Notes under the pieces: generated by a model
Seen by the model: only the letters and a program-made list of their open reading frames with translations
What the model was told of the DNA's origin: nothing
The model's database searches: none
Origin: Oculina patagonica
Lineage: Eukaryota
Length of the DNA stretch: 64,000 nt
Direction of reading: 5' to 3'
NCBI RefSeq assembly: GCF_052425735.1
Contig: NC_135769.1
Coordinates: forward strand, 30,132,001-30,196,000
Position numbers and translations under genes: made by a program
In this document: one piece after another, positions 32,284 through 46,040 of the stretch
Layout: each line of letters opens with the position of its first letter
How positions within the stretch are numbered: position 1 is the stretch's first letter

Positions 32284-34794
32284 CACCCCTCTGTAACAGA
32301 CCTGGTGACACCTGATTTTCCACCAGGTTTTCAACACAAAATCGACCAGGGCAGTCAAAAATCCACCAGGTTGATTACTTTTTTTCACCAGGGAGGGTGT
32401 TGATATATTAAATCTAACCAATTATTGATGCAAACTCTGTGAGCCAGTATGCAATAAACTTAGCGGGGTTATCATGCACGATTTTTCGCACCGATGTTGT
32501 CTAAGGGCTGTAGATGACACCGTCGTTTTTTTTTCGGCTTGTACGTAAACAACTGAAGTAACATAGAAACGGCAAACGGGCCGTTTTGAGATCCCCGTGA
32601 GTTCTTTGTATCGAACAGTGAATTACCGCCACTAGATCCGCAATGGGTCAAATTTAGCAAATAATTGTCGCAATGAGCCAACGAGTCGCCCTACTATTGA
32701 CATGGTTAGTTTACCCTTGGACTAGACTTGCCTACAAGTCGAGCTCAGCAAGCGCAAAGAGAGAAGAGCACACAGAGCGCAGAAACGAGAAACGAGAAGC
32801 GAACGACTTTTAAAAAGTCTACCCTTGGACTTGAAGCAGTCGCCGGGGTTATATTCCTAAAATCCTCTGAAATTCTCGCATGCACGTTTTTGTCCATCAG
32901 GGCATCAAACAAGGCACGCAATGCATGCAGAGGCGATGACAAACAGAAGAACAAATTCCGCCAATAACCTTATGATATAAGGTGATGGACTGACATCATC
33001 GCCGGAAAATGATTACACTTCCTTTTGATGCATGTTACTTTTCCAGGTCTTAGCAGGATTGCAGGCAGGATTTGAAACGACGGTTCTGAAATATGCAAAC
33101 GACGAAACGACGGATCTGAAAGATGTAATCGTGTGAACGCCGAAGATGTAAGCTACTCGGGAGCTCTTCCGCTCACTTCGCTCGCGTAATCCTTCTCGAG
33201 AGCCTATTCACAGCCTAGCTACTCGAGGTCCTCCCCGGGAAATTTTGAAAAAAATAGACAGGCTGAAATCACATTTCGTGCGTTTTAAAGGGAGTTTCAT
33301 ATGCAAATAGGCACCTAAAGGTAAACTTAAAAAAAACACGATTATTTCTAGACCTTTTTAGTTAAAATCAAAGCGTCTTATTTTTGGAAGGGAAACTGGA
33401 CGCACTTCACCAGGCAATCAACTTTGCACTCGACGAATTACACCTGCCAAAACATACATTAACGACTACAAAATTCCTAAACTGCGCGTCGAAGGACTTT
33501 GAGAAAGTCTAGGTAAGCGGTAATTCAGCCAGATATTCGACAGTTTTTCAAAGAAATTGGGAGATTTTTTCGTGGGATTATAATTATTTTCTAGACTTCC
33601 TAGTTTGAACGTCTATCTAGCCCTGCTAATTTGAATACAAGTTTAATTACTTTTCCAGAAGGTAAATTGCATAAATATTTATTATCAAAAGAGCCTAGCG
33701 TCAAGAGACAGAATCAGCGCCAAGATATATTCGCGCGTGCCCCAAGGTGAGCCTGCTCGCAGGCTAAAGACAGATCCAGAGGCTGCCTAGCACGGGCGCA
33801 CCTAAATTTAAACTGTGTCATCCGTTTACTTTTAAAGTTGAAAAATGTTCAATATGCCGGCCCTTATTCGTTGATCCATTTTTAGAAGGTCAAAGCATAA
33901 AAAAATCTAAATAAGAGAACCGTTTGCTTATATTTTTTACATGTCGAATAAATTATCTCTTTTTTGGAGTTAGCGAGCAACGAAAAATATGTGTTTTAAA
34001 TTAATGACTGCTGTCCCCCAGCCCCGGGCTCCAGCCGTAGGCATCAATAGTTTCATGTAGGTGAAAGCTACACAAAGTTCTATTTAGACAGTACTTACAT
34101 CTTAAGGCAGCTTTATTATTAAAATTTACCGTAATACGCCACTTGAATGATCTTGAATGTACTTGAATTACTGGCGTATATTTTACATCACATTGTGCCG
34201 GCGGGCTGCAAAGTTCAACATGATATTTTATACATTAAGCGCCTTTCAAACTGCTCGAGGCTGCTTAATCGAAGGGAAAAGGCCGCTTAATACTCACCAA
34301 GAATTATGTGGGTCAAGCTGATTATCCTCTGCGTAGTTATTCGATAAAACGCTGTAAAAAGCCGGGTCAAAAATACTTCCACACATTTATCTTGGGCCGC
34401 GCGCGCTGTTCAAATCGCTCTGAATCATTCACAAGCTCGTATATTATACATACAGTAAAGGAAACATATCTGTTTTGTCTCTTCAGTGACGTGCATGACA
34501 GCAGAACAAGCGACGAAAACAATCAGTAAATTACTTTTTGCTATATTTACATCGAGTTATAGTCAATTATTAAATTATCTTTTTGCTGCGCGTCGTTTTT
34601 TTTGTTTATTTAAGCCAGCAAAAAGATTTTGGTTGATTTTTCCTGACTAGGTAACCAAAATTCTTCACCAGGGAGAAAAAAATCGACCAGGGATTTTTCA
34701 GATAATCACCAGGTACCAGGGAGGTCAAATTTCCACCAGGGAGGGCAAAATAACCCACCAGGTCGGGTTCCACCAGGTCTGTTACAGAGGGGTG
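32284..34794. mobile_element. 2.5-kb non-autonomous DNA transposon, hAT-like
   Basis: 24-bp perfect TIR CACCCCTCTGTAACAGACCTGGTG, clustered subterminal (C)ACCAGG motifs at both ends, degenerate 8-bp TSD CTTTAATA/TTTTAATC; no transposase ORF. Confidence 0.8.
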
Positions 34795-36110
34795 TTTTAA
34801 TCCAAGAAATCCCCAAACTCACACTGTAGGAAAAATCTGTAATTATCTGACGAGCGAATCCCACGGTAAAATTCACAGGAAAACCGTCATTCATTAGTCT
34901 AGCAATAAATTTCCTTCACCAGTTAAGCTATAAGCAAACTGCCATCCCTCAAACCCATTCCTTTTTCTTTGTACAAGATTTGTCAAATACTACACAAATG
35001 CCTCGCTTTGAAGTCAATCGCAATTCAATGCTGCCGTCCCTCGCTTCTATTTCTAATTAACCAACGATTTTGTTTGGTCCAAAAAACATATGGAGTCCTG
35101 CTTACAAAAAAAATGCTTATTTTTCTAGTTTTAGATCAGGTGTTATATATTTTATTAGCAAAGCATTGAAAAAAATTAAATATCTAAATGATGGGCCCCT
35201 GTCGCTAGCTTAGAGCTGCGAAGTTTGCTTTAACGTGGTCTTCAGTCTTAGTTTCTTTGCTCTTCGGCGTTACTGCTTTTCTTATAACTTGTCGGAAAGT
35301 GTATTAAAGAATATTCATTGTTACAATATTTGTGTTTTATTCTTTTCGTGAGACAACATCATCTGCATATAATCTTTCAGGATCTATTTAAGTTATTAAA
35401 TCGAGAACTACCTAATATAATTCAGGTTCCTTTTTCATAGCACCGGCGGGGAAAAATGATTGCCTTTGCACGAACAAAAAATACAATACATTGAAATGAT
35501 TCAAACAAACATACAGCATGCTACTTCAAACTTAATTTATAAATGGTAATATTTCAGGTAAATGAAGGGCATTTTTTTATGTTCTATGTAAACATATCAC
35601 GGATTGTGGATTCTGGAATTGTTTCTTTCAAAAAGTTTAAAAAGCGCAAATTTGCAAATAGCCAATCAAGTTTAAAGGCGTGATATTTGCATAAGTGCTA
35701 GACAGCAATTTATTTCACGACTATTCAAGAAAAGTGTAATGTGCAGTATCGGGTCTGGCAGAACAAATATTTACAACGGAACATGAAAAACCCGCTTTGA
35801 TTATGCTGTTCATTTGGAAAATCAAATACAGCTTTGGATGTTTATGAGCAGAATGTCGTGAGAAATCAAATATTTCAGCGGTGGTAAAGTTTCCATGGTG
35901 TACTGTAGGCAGTTAACTAATATTTACAAGATAGGGACAGCACGCCAACGGACTTTTGTTGTTGTTGAAAAGAAGTACGCAAGCCTTTTGAAAGTCTTCC
36001 TCTCAATTTTCTGCATCTTTTGCGAAGGCTTTTCTATCTGTCGATCACTTGGAATCGAAGAACCCGGTCAAAACGGAGAAGCTCCTAAACTGTGTTTCCG
36101 TTCAGCAGCA

Positions 36111-39100
36111 ATGGGAGACAACGGAACAATTCCTCAAGGCAAGTTTTTTTCACTTTATCCTTACCAATTATGTTTTGAAGCTTTCAGAAATGGTACCGGT
36201 ATTCCTTTAAATTTAACGCGACAATTTCGATTCAACAGTTTACTTGTACACCTCCCTTTCTCACGTTCAAATTGTGTTCGGGCAAAATTTTGCCCTGAAG
36301 CGTTGGATTCAGTGAACTAAGAACATTGCCGTTAATAGGGCTCGAAGCACCTGCAAGTGCATGTCTTTGTAGACAGACGTAAAGTTGACAGCTTAAAACA
36401 TTTTTCGAAGAGTTCAACAAACAGTGTCAACCAAAAATTATAAGCAGTGGGTTTTAAGACTAGAACATAAAATTTCCTGCTAACCCTAAAGGCCCATCAG
36501 ATAAGGGTAATTTATATTTTTAGTAAGCTTTTAGCGATGAGATATCTTTTTTACGACTAGTACTAACGTCATGAAATTTAAAATGTTCACAATTTATTGA
36601 CTTAGTTAAGCTTATATCATTTTATGCTTTAGTTCTTACATGACACACAGTTTCAGTGGTCTTATCGTACTAAAATACTGATACCTTTCATTGAAACTTT
36701 TTTCAAATGTTTGTTAACATTTACGTTAGCTGTCACCTAGGCAACAGTTTCTTAATAACCCTTCGTTCTAAGCAATACTTGAAACAATATGTACATGTTT
36801 CATAACAAAGTATATTAGTTTATATTAAAAATTTCAATGTTTTCGAGCCGGCACTAAAGAAAGGGAATCATAACGTCTTTTCCGTAATATTTCATTTTTA
36901 TGCCGTTGATGATTAAGCTTGCGACATTTTATGTCTTCCGCTATTCCGCTACTAAAAGCAGGTGCAGTCACGAAGGAAAATGTAGATTTTGTCTTTAAGA
37001 CTTAAAGGAAACTAATTAAAAAAAAAAAACGAAAAGCAAAACGGACCCGAGTAGATTCAGCAAAACATCGTTTTTGGTTTGTTTCGTTGCATCATGCCCT
37101 GTCTTAATCTTTGCTCTTGTCATTTAGCATATAGCATTTAAAATATGAAACATGAAAACTTTCATCATGTATTACTTTGGTCTTCGTTTGACCTGGTTCT
37201 CTTTGGCAAACTAAAATCTAATTGCCTTTTAAAAAGCTGAGTAATAGTTTCCAGAAAAGTGATATGTTATGCGATTGGTTGATAAACAAAATCAATTAAA
37301 ATATATGCTCTAAATATGCAAACAACTTGTCAGCACATTAAGGGTGCAAACGAAACAACAATTCAGATAATGTGGCTATGCAAATGTTAAAAAAAAGCCA
37401 GGATTCTTTTTTCTTAAGTTTACACGAAACCTGAAGGAAGTCGATCTTATCGCAAGTAAGATCGGAATATAGTAATGGTAGCGTCACTGCTTAAAGAATA
37501 ATAAATGGTGTTTTTATTACGACTCGGATATAGATGGTTACTCTGTCAACTCAGTCAACTCAGTAATTAAAATTTGTTGTGCAAGTGTTTTGATCATCAA
37601 TTTTTAACTTGAAAGTCGTTAGCGTATAACTTCATCTTCACGACGTACTCGGTCCGCTACAATTAAACCTAAAAATCATATAAGACGTAATGACGCCACT
37701 GTACTGGTCCGAAAGATAACATGGATCTCGAAAGAGCTACGTCATCAGTCATCATCGCTTCTTTGAGCGTGGGAAGACTTGGCATTCAGCAAAGAATGTC
37801 TATGTGTTCAGGCTTGATAAGTTGTCTGTTATTCCATATCTGCTTACGAGCTGCGCCCATGCGTAACGTACTAGTTTTATTTGGTGACATTTGGCCGTTG
37901 CTGATCACGTAATGTAATCACAGATTAAGCTATTGTCGAAGGAGTGGGCGAATACTTTCTGATTATTACCACACAATATGAAAATAACACGCGTGCGTAT
38001 ATCTTTCCTAATACTCACGTATCTTCTAACAGAACGACCCGCCATCTTACATGCATCGAGCGGGCTTATGCTATGCACTCGGGTCTTTCTTTCTCGACGG
38101 TAATACAGTTACCGTATTTCAACATATAGCCTAGTTAACTTTTTCATTGAACTCGCAAAGGAAAGAATGGCTAAATAATTCTGATTCTAAATCGCGCAAA
38201 GAAAGATGCAAACGTATAATTGAAGTGATGAAATATCGAAAGTACTTTCCGATATATTAAGTTCTTAAATGATTCTGAAGCTTAAGAGAAAGCACACAAA
38301 CAATCAACTTAATCAAAGTAGCCAGTTCTTTTGTGAATTATTAAACCTAACACGATAAACCTATTATCACTTCACGCAGGAAGCACAACAAATCTGTCGC
38401 CAGAATACATTGGGTTCGCCACGGCGTTCTCCCTCATGATAATGACAGACCTCATCGGCAATACACTTGTGATCTTAGTGATTATAAACAACAAAAACAT
38501 GCGGACAGCCATGAACTACGTGTTGGTGAACTTGGCAATCGCAGACATCACAGTGGCCATTTTCATGGGTATCAAATTCGTTCTTGGTCCCACGTTCATC
38601 CATCCAGACGGAATAAGAGGCCGGTATCTTTGCAAGTTTATCACTGGAGGGACCACTGGGTGGACGGCTGCGGTGGCGTCGATTTATAGCTTGGTGGCCA
38701 TTGCCGTGGAAGCCTATCACGCAGCCTTCCACCCTTTTAAAAGACGCTCCAGAATTATGGCTAAAAACCTTCACAGGACTATAATCCTCATTTGGGGAGT
38801 AGCATTGTTCTGGGGTCTTCCATTATACCTTTCAGTCACATATGAGGATAATATTAAGACATGTGCAGAACAGTGGCCATATCCTATACTGCCCAAGATC
38901 TACAGCTTTGGATGGATCATTGTTGCTGGGGTTGTACCCATTGCTGTGATGAGCGTCTTGTACTTCAAGGTAAGTTAACTATTTGTAACACAGTTGCTAA
39001 CCCTTTCATTAATGAAATAAAAAGAAAAACGTTTCATTTAAAATATACTGAAAAGGAAACAGCATGAAAGCACTGTTCAATAGCTTTAATTTCGGTGGTC

Positions 39101-40165
39101 ACACACTAGGCCTTCATCCAGACTTAAAATGGGTTAGAACCACCTTGTACAACATTATTAACCGCACAACATGAAAACACTGCTCAATATTTTCATATGA
39201 ATATCGTCAAACACAGGGATTTCATGCGCAGACATAACAGTTAGCACCACAGTATGAAGGTACTGCTCAAAAGCTGAATACTCACACACTAGGGTTTTAT
39301 CCAGAAATTCAAAATTCATAATTTAGCACCCCATTAACGTACTACTCAATAGCTTTCATTTGAATGCTCACACACTAGGGTCTGACTGCATGAATATCTT
39401 TCATTTGGATGTTGCACATTAGGGTTTAATCCACAGACTTAAAAATGGATCCACTTTGCACAACATAATAAACAGCACCACATGGAATTACTGTTCAAGA
39501 GCTTTCATTTGAACGGTCACACAGTAGGATTTCACACTCAGACTCTATTTATAGAACCAACGTGTACAGTATAACGAACATTACTAAATGAAAGCTTGCT
39601 TTATAACGTTCATTTGAATGGTCGCACACTAGGTTTCAAGCAAGGCTAAAAAGTTAAACTTCCTCCTACAGGGTTATATTCCACATCTAAAACGGGGGGT
39701 TGACTTTTAAAATGAGTGTAATGGACTTAGGTGTAGCTGTTCGACCGTTAAGCCAAAAGCAGGATAGTTAGAATAGTGAATAGTTAGCAGCCCTCTTAAA
39801 ATGTAATGTTACTGTTTCAGGTGGTACGTCGTCTCTGGTTTAGCAAAATAGCCATCAACAATCACTCTCAAATGGCTTTTCTTCGTTCAAAGAAGCGAAT
39901 TACTACAATGGTGCTATTTGTCAGTGTTATATATGTGATATGCTGGGCTCCTACGTTGATCATCTACTTTTTAGCAAGTGTGCTACCGTCAGAATCAATG
40001 TATTCAGTTCCACACAAGACCACCATAGTTCTGGCTACTTTCAACTCCTCTATTAACCCAGTGGTGTACAGTTTACGAAGCCAGCTGTTCAGACAGAATC
40101 TTTACAAACTGTTCAGGTGCCGCGGCAAGAAATTAAGCGCGACTAAAATCACGCCGTTGCAATGA
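36111..40165 (+). CDS. Class A neuropeptide-receptor-like GPCR; exons 36111-36138 (GC donor), 38380-38969, 39821-40165 (320 aa)
   Basis: GN, NLAIAD, EAY, CAEQW, CWAP, NPVVY. Exons 2-3 joined by GT-AG. Exon 1 inferred from phase, strong Kozak context and an N-glycosylation sequon (less certain). Confidence 0.82.
39050..39650. repeat. Degenerate ~100-bp tandem repeat in GPCR intron
   Basis: Recurrent TACTGCTCAATAGCTTTCATTTGAATGGTCACACACTAGGG-like unit. Confidence 0.75.
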
Positions 40166-40604
40166 CTCTTTCATGGAACTGTAATTAAGTTGGATACAGG
40201 ATTAAGACGGAATCCACTAGGAAGTCGAGTAATATTTACTAATGTTGGACAAAAATCAAGTACCAGAATAATTTAAATCCTATTGCGTTATTCCTACCCT
40301 TAATAAAAGGTAAAGATGTAAGTAGTTATCCGTGATAACACCAACATCAATTTCTTATCAGAGTCTGAGAAAATGATATTCAAAGTTCACAAGCTATGGG
40401 CAAAAGCTCACATCTTTTAAGCGATTCACGGGATTTCAGTGGAACTTCGAAATTTGTTTTCGATGTTTGGTGTTGTTAGAAAAGACTTCTTTCGAAAAGA
40501 TATTTGAAGCAGTAACACAAAAGCTTGCAATCAGGTGTAAATAGTTTCGGTACATAATTGTTTCCAATAACTACTCGAAGTCCTGGCGGATTTCCTCTTA
40601 AGCT

Positions 40605-40860
40605 GTTCGGGTTCAAGTCCGGCAGTCGGAGTTACCGTGTTATGTCCTGCGGTAAAACACTTTATTCTAACAGACCGTGACCAGCTAGGAGTGCAGATGT
40701 AAATGTACCGGCGAACTTTTCGGGTAGCATGACGAATTACTGAGGGGCATGAAGAGGGGGGGGAGGGGGGGGGGGGGGGGGAAATTTCAGGAAGTGGTAG
40801 CAATAACTTAAGTCGCACCATGCCACGGTAACCGAAATAACCTCTGGCGGCTTCCCCGTT
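40605..40860 (+). mobile_element. Decayed tRNA-derived SINE
   Basis: B box GGTTCAAGTCC followed by GTGTTATGTCC..AAAACACTTTA..TCT and TAAATGTACCGGCGAA, typical of metazoan SINE2 central domains. Confidence 0.55.
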
Positions 40861-42110
40861 TACCTAAAGGCCGAATCAATGAATGACAAACTTTATTTAG
40901 TCACGGTAAAACATCAGTGAAAAATAAAAAAACATATCTATTATACTGTTTTACGTGTTTGCCGTGTGGGTGCCTGTTGGGGAGTAAATTTTAGGCTACT
41001 AAGAATGAACTTACTCTTTTGTTTACGCTTATTTGTCGTCTAATTATTACATCTGCAACCATTTTAAACACCAAATTCTTGTACGTATTCTTTATTCAGT
41101 CTCTTCAACTTATGCGATGAATTAAAGTAGCTTAAAGTAAAAGCTAGAATGCACCCTTCATTTCCTACTACATCTATAAAGTATATTCACAAGAAAGAAA
41201 TCAAAATTTTGGGCTAATGCCCATCGTGTACCCTTGATGTGACAAACTACAAAATTCTCTTCCTTCTTCTTTATATCATTAAATGCATCATTATATGTTA
41301 TTTTTGTTAGCTTGTCTTTAAAAATATAATAATGGTACAAATACGTAGCGTTAGTATAATGAAAGTAATGTAATACTTAGTTAAAAATTGAGCCGTAGCC
41401 AGGATAAGATATATTAACATATTAAAAAAGAATGAAACGTTTCCTGGCTAAAACGTTTATAAACGAAATCGGGCTTTCGGCTGTCGCCGGCTACAGCCCT
41501 CGATGGATAAAAATAGAATAAAAATTAATGTAAAGTTTATACAGAATACGTTAGACTAAAATAATAAAAGAAACTTCAATAAAGAAGAAAAACGTGTCAA
41601 TTAAATTAACGTTTTTAAAAAGAATGGAGTACTCATTAGGAAGCGGCTTGGAATTAGTGCCCGCATGCTTAGGAGCAGAGGTGTGCCATGATTTTAATTT
41701 TTTACGAATGTGGAACGAGCTTTTGTCAATCACACGTGAGCTGTCAATGTCAATACAATGTCCAGGCATGTTTCGCAATGTTTGAGCCACTAGCGCAAGT
41801 CTTCACATTTCCCAGATGGTCCTTCTTATTTCCAAACATCGACCAATCACAATCAGCACAGTATTTTTAGTATATCATCTATTTTCAGTCGAATTTTGTT
41901 TAAAATCAAGTAAAACGCAAACTGTTTGTCTACGAATTCCTTCTAACTAGACTAGACAATTTTCAGGCTTATTTTACTCCGTTTAAAAAAGAAATGATAA
42001 TATCGTCTATTACGTCTAGAAGCAAAAAGGACATCGAGTTTCTATGTCACTACATAAAGGTAAAAGTTTTCTTCAGGTCGTATGCCTTTGACGATGATGA
42101 CAAGGAACCA

Positions 42111-45100
42111 TTACACCTTGGAAAATGATTCTGTTGTGTGAGCCGGACGAGTGTTGTCGTTGGCAGACTCAGTCCCTTGCTCGTCGCTCGAAGCTTGAAT
42201 CCTTGTAGAGCGAACGGTGCAGCATATCATTCTTTTGATCTTGTTTCTGAATCGTTGGTTTATGAGAGCATATACAAACGGATTGACTGCAGAATTGAAC
42301 AGGACCATTATGGCTGCAATTGCATAAGTGACATCACTCGGGCTGTTAGCAGTGCTGTAATAGCTTAGGATGAAGATAACTGTGTCTGTCAGCCAGCAGA
42401 TTGAAAAGATGATACTGACAGTTACGACCATCAAAGTGACACGCTTCCTCACCTTTAACACTCCCTAAAATAAAAGGAAGGACTGCTATAACACTTGAGG
42501 CCTGGCTAAACTAGGAAACATTGTTGCGGAAGCAAATGTTTCCTAGTTTAGCCACGCGGTAAACATATGTTGCGCAAACAAATATTGCTTCACGGAAGCA
42601 AAAAATGTTTTTGCCTCAAATCAAAAACTCTTTTGCTTCCTGGACACAAATTTTGCTTCCAAAACATATGTCGCCCAGTTTAGCCACCATGGAAACAATG
42701 TTGACTAGTTTATGCGCATGCGTGACACGTTGTTTTTGGAACATTGTTTCCTAGTTTAGCCACCCAGGCAGCAAAAAATGTTCTATGCTTCCCGCTAATT
42801 TAGCCAGCTTGGAAAAATGACAAGGAACTATATTTCCAGAACAATGTTTCCTAGTGTAGCCGGGCCTTTAGAGAACACTTACTTTCCGGATAAGGACTTT
42901 TCCAAGAAGATGATATGATGTATTGACTATATATACTGAATTGAACACTAAATTCATAGTTACACTCTAACATAAGTGGATTGCCGTCACATTTTCATCA
43001 TAGTTTACTCCTTGTTTTTTTGCTTGCACTAATTTCATTTAGATTATATAAATTAATCCGTTATTATAAATCGTTAAAACATCAGACTAGTGTTCAGAAG
43101 GTCAAGCGTTTGACTCCCGTCGGAAGTACATACCCCCGTCAGAATGTTTTGTTCGTCTCATGCCCATGCTGTAGACAAACTGTATTCAAGTTACTGATAG
43201 CAGGTATTGTGTTTTGTGAGGTCTTTGTTTTGCGATTTTTCGGATGACAGAAGTCCTAAAAGGAAATGATGGTGATCAAAAACATTGGTTTTCAGGGCCA
43301 CTCTCCACGGTACAATCACGGTATGTTAATCTGCAAACCCTTAACAACTATAACAGATACCTGTAATAAATGAGAGATGGTAGATTTGCAGCTCGGTGAG
43401 TAAATAAGAAAATATGAAATGGTTCGCGGGCGCGGAACAAAGAAAAACTATGAGTCCCTGGCGGGAATCAAACCCATGGCCTTCCAGATACCGGTTGTGC
43501 GCTCGAACCAACTGGGCTACGGGAGACTCGTGGTGAGCTGGACCATTTATTAGGTTCATATGTGACACGCGTCTTTCAACTGCAAGCTCAGCAGTGTCGA
43601 AATCATGATAATTTAATGTAATAGATACCTTTTGCTGATGAGAAAGTTCGGTGTCCTCGGTACGTTTGAACCACAAATTGTACACGACCTTGGAGTACAA
43701 TGCAGCCATTAACAGTATGGGAAGAAGTGCAAAGACTAGAAAAACCAGCATACTGTAAGCCTTCCCCATCCATTCTTCGGGCCACGCCAGAATGCAGGAA
43801 GCAATGTTGTTATTGAAATCCAAAACCAGGAACTCTGGGATATTGATAATTAGTGCAAATATCCAAGACGATGGAATGATAACCTGGAACATGGATGAAG
43901 AAATACTTGTAGGTAACTGGTGACGTTTTTATCATGTCTGTTTTCGGGTATTTTTAATATACATGATTTTCTTCAAATGCTACTTTACTTAGGTAAAATT
44001 AATCGAAGCTGTTATAATAAACTAGAAAGGAACATCAATGGCTAGGGGTTTCCACATGTTGCTCGAAATTTCCCAAAAAGTTGCCAGTAATTTTTTCAAA
44101 AAAGTTGCTGAGAAGTTGCTTCAAAAATCCAAAAAGGTTGCTTTTGGTTAATAAAAGTTGTTAGAAAGTTACCCAAAAAATTCCAAAACGCTGCTTTTAA
44201 TCAAGAAAATTTCTTCAAATATATGCTAATTTCCCTGTGAAGGTAAGGTTTTCAAGCAGTCTAAAGCAAATTCACTGCAAAAGAAGTATCTAATTAACAT
44301 TTTAAGGCAAACATTTTTTAATTAACAAGGATCCATGATGTCATTATCACTGACGAGTTTTGTAATGTTCAATGCGGAACGAGCCAGAAGTTGAAACGCA
44401 TTCAGATGTTCCTCGAAAATCTTCGGCAAACTTCGTCAATCTTCGAAAAAGGTTCCTATGGCCTCCGGACAATCTTCGGTCTAGATATTGCTCAAAATGC
44501 AACAAGTTTCTCGAGAGAAAAAAGTTGCTCGAAATATGAAAAGTTGCCAAAAAGTTGCCGAGCAACTTGTGGAAAGCCTTATCATTGGCTGAAGACTCGT
44601 ACATAGTGTCGTAATGTAAGACACACCTTTAGTTTGTTGTTAGTGAGTTTTCCTTTGTTACCATGGGGATAGGTCACTGCAAAGTACCGCTCGACCGAGA
44701 TGGTAACAAGCGTGAACACCGAAGAAGCTGCTCCGGTCCATGCAAAAGCTCCACCTGTCAGCAGTTTGCACAGCATTGTTCCCGTGACACCATCGGGGTG
44801 AGTGAACGTGTGGACGAAAATGTGCATCGGTGCAAAGAACGTCGCTACCACCATATCAGCCACGGCTAAGTTTACGAGAAGGAAGTTGATTGGAATCATG
44901 CAAATTGCGTGTGAATTAAGTCTCAGTTCAAAATTATAATGCCTCTTGAAGATTATTTTGAAGATTATAAATGCATGAGAGAATACGCATGTGTTAAATA
45001 GGGGACCAAATGACTCAATTTTTTGTGAGAGTAAAAATTAATTTATCGATAATAAAAAAACTCCGTTCAGAAACTAAAGGTCGGTATTCCTCCAGAACAG

Positions 45101-45545
45101 TCTAAAGAAGCTTTACCCAGCTATTAAAACACTTAAAAAACATTGGTCCGTCAAAAATTCATTCTGATTGGCTGACTTCTATTTGTTATTACAGACATTT
45201 ATTGACACAAATAAATAATTTAAAGTACTTCCGAGTACAATATTGACATAACTGACTTTGTGTAAATAATTATTTACATGTTCTTACATTACATTAGGTA
45301 TACACTTACATTACATTACCTTTCACTACTGGGGACATTAGGCCTTTTCATCTGTCTTAGTTATGTTATAATAGAATTTGCTGCTCGCGTTTCAGCACTT
45401 AATCGATCCATATTTTAATCTTTACATACCTCATGTCTTGGTTCTTCATTATGATGACACAAACAAGGGAGTTTCCAATGATGTTTGTGAGGATAAGTGA
45501 GGATAGCACCGTCACTATGGCAACCAGAGCTGCTTCGGAAACCAT
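42111..45545 (-). CDS. Class A RYamide/tachykinin/QRFP-receptor-like GPCR; exons 45545-45430, 44897-44627, 43883-43629, 42464-42111 (331 aa); intron-1 acceptor reads AT
   Basis: GNSLV, NLAVAD, ERY, NPFVY; exon sizes 116/271/255/354 nt identical to the paralog at 51048-53101. Confidence 0.82.
42498..42867. mobile_element. PIF/Harbinger-like MITE in intron
   Basis: TIRs AGGCCTGGCTAAACTAGGAAACATTGTT...AACAATGTTTCCTAGTGTAGCCGGGCCT, flanks TTG/TTA, internal copies of the TIR motif. Confidence 0.8.
43370..43606 (-). mobile_element. tRNA-derived SINE-like repeat (24689 family), diverged
   Basis: GAGTCCC..CGGGAATC.AACCCATGGCCT.CCAGATACCGGTT matches the 24689 unit. Confidence 0.7.
44043..44581. mobile_element. 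hAT-type MITE in intron
   Basis: TIRs TAGGGGTTTCCACATGTTGCTCG...CGAGCAACTTGTGGAAAGCCTTA; 8-bp TSD TCAATGGC/TCATTGGC; subterminal AAAGTTGC repeats. Confidence 0.85.
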
Positions 45546-45840
45546 GGCCAAAGGAGTCTGTTACACTCGAAAAACCAAGCTAAAACAAGTATAAAATAAA
45601 TATAAAAATGCCGCAGTGTAACCTAACTGTTATAAATTATATTAATCCTAAAATTTATATGACATAAAATTAAATGAAAATGTTAAATTTAAATTTAAAT
45701 TCAAATTGGAAGCATGATTCAAGTCTTATTCAAAATGCATGTTTACAACGCAGACAAATAGCTTGTGACGGATTTGTTTCGCTTTGCACAACATGAAAAG
45801 ACTTGTAGTAAATAATAAAGATGGTAGATTTAAAAAAAAA

Positions 45841-46040
45841 TCTACCATCTTTAGTATTTACTACAAATTTGATGATTTCGACATTGCTGATCCTAGCTAG
45901 CTCACAGCGAGTCTCACGTAGCTCAGTTGGTTAGAGCGCCCAACCGGTATTCTGGGAGGCCTTGAGTTCGATTCCCGTCGGGGACTCGGATTTTTTTCTT
46001 TGTCCCACGCTCGTGTCATGTAGAATAATATTCTTCACTA
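45841..46040 (+). mobile_element. tRNA-derived SINE-like repeat (24689 family)
   Basis: GTAGCTCAGTTGGTTAGAGCGCCCAACCGGTA...GTTCGATTCCCGTCGGGGACTC...GTCCCACGCTCGTGTCATG. Confidence 0.75.

Noticed and set aside
38051-38099. Alternative first exon MHRAGLCYALGSFFLD with GT donor
   Set aside because: Phase fits, but weaker donor and start context than the 36111 exon; not excluded.
40755-40785. Poly-G run as G-quadruplex element
   Set aside because: Lies within a decayed SINE; homopolymer length is unreliable.
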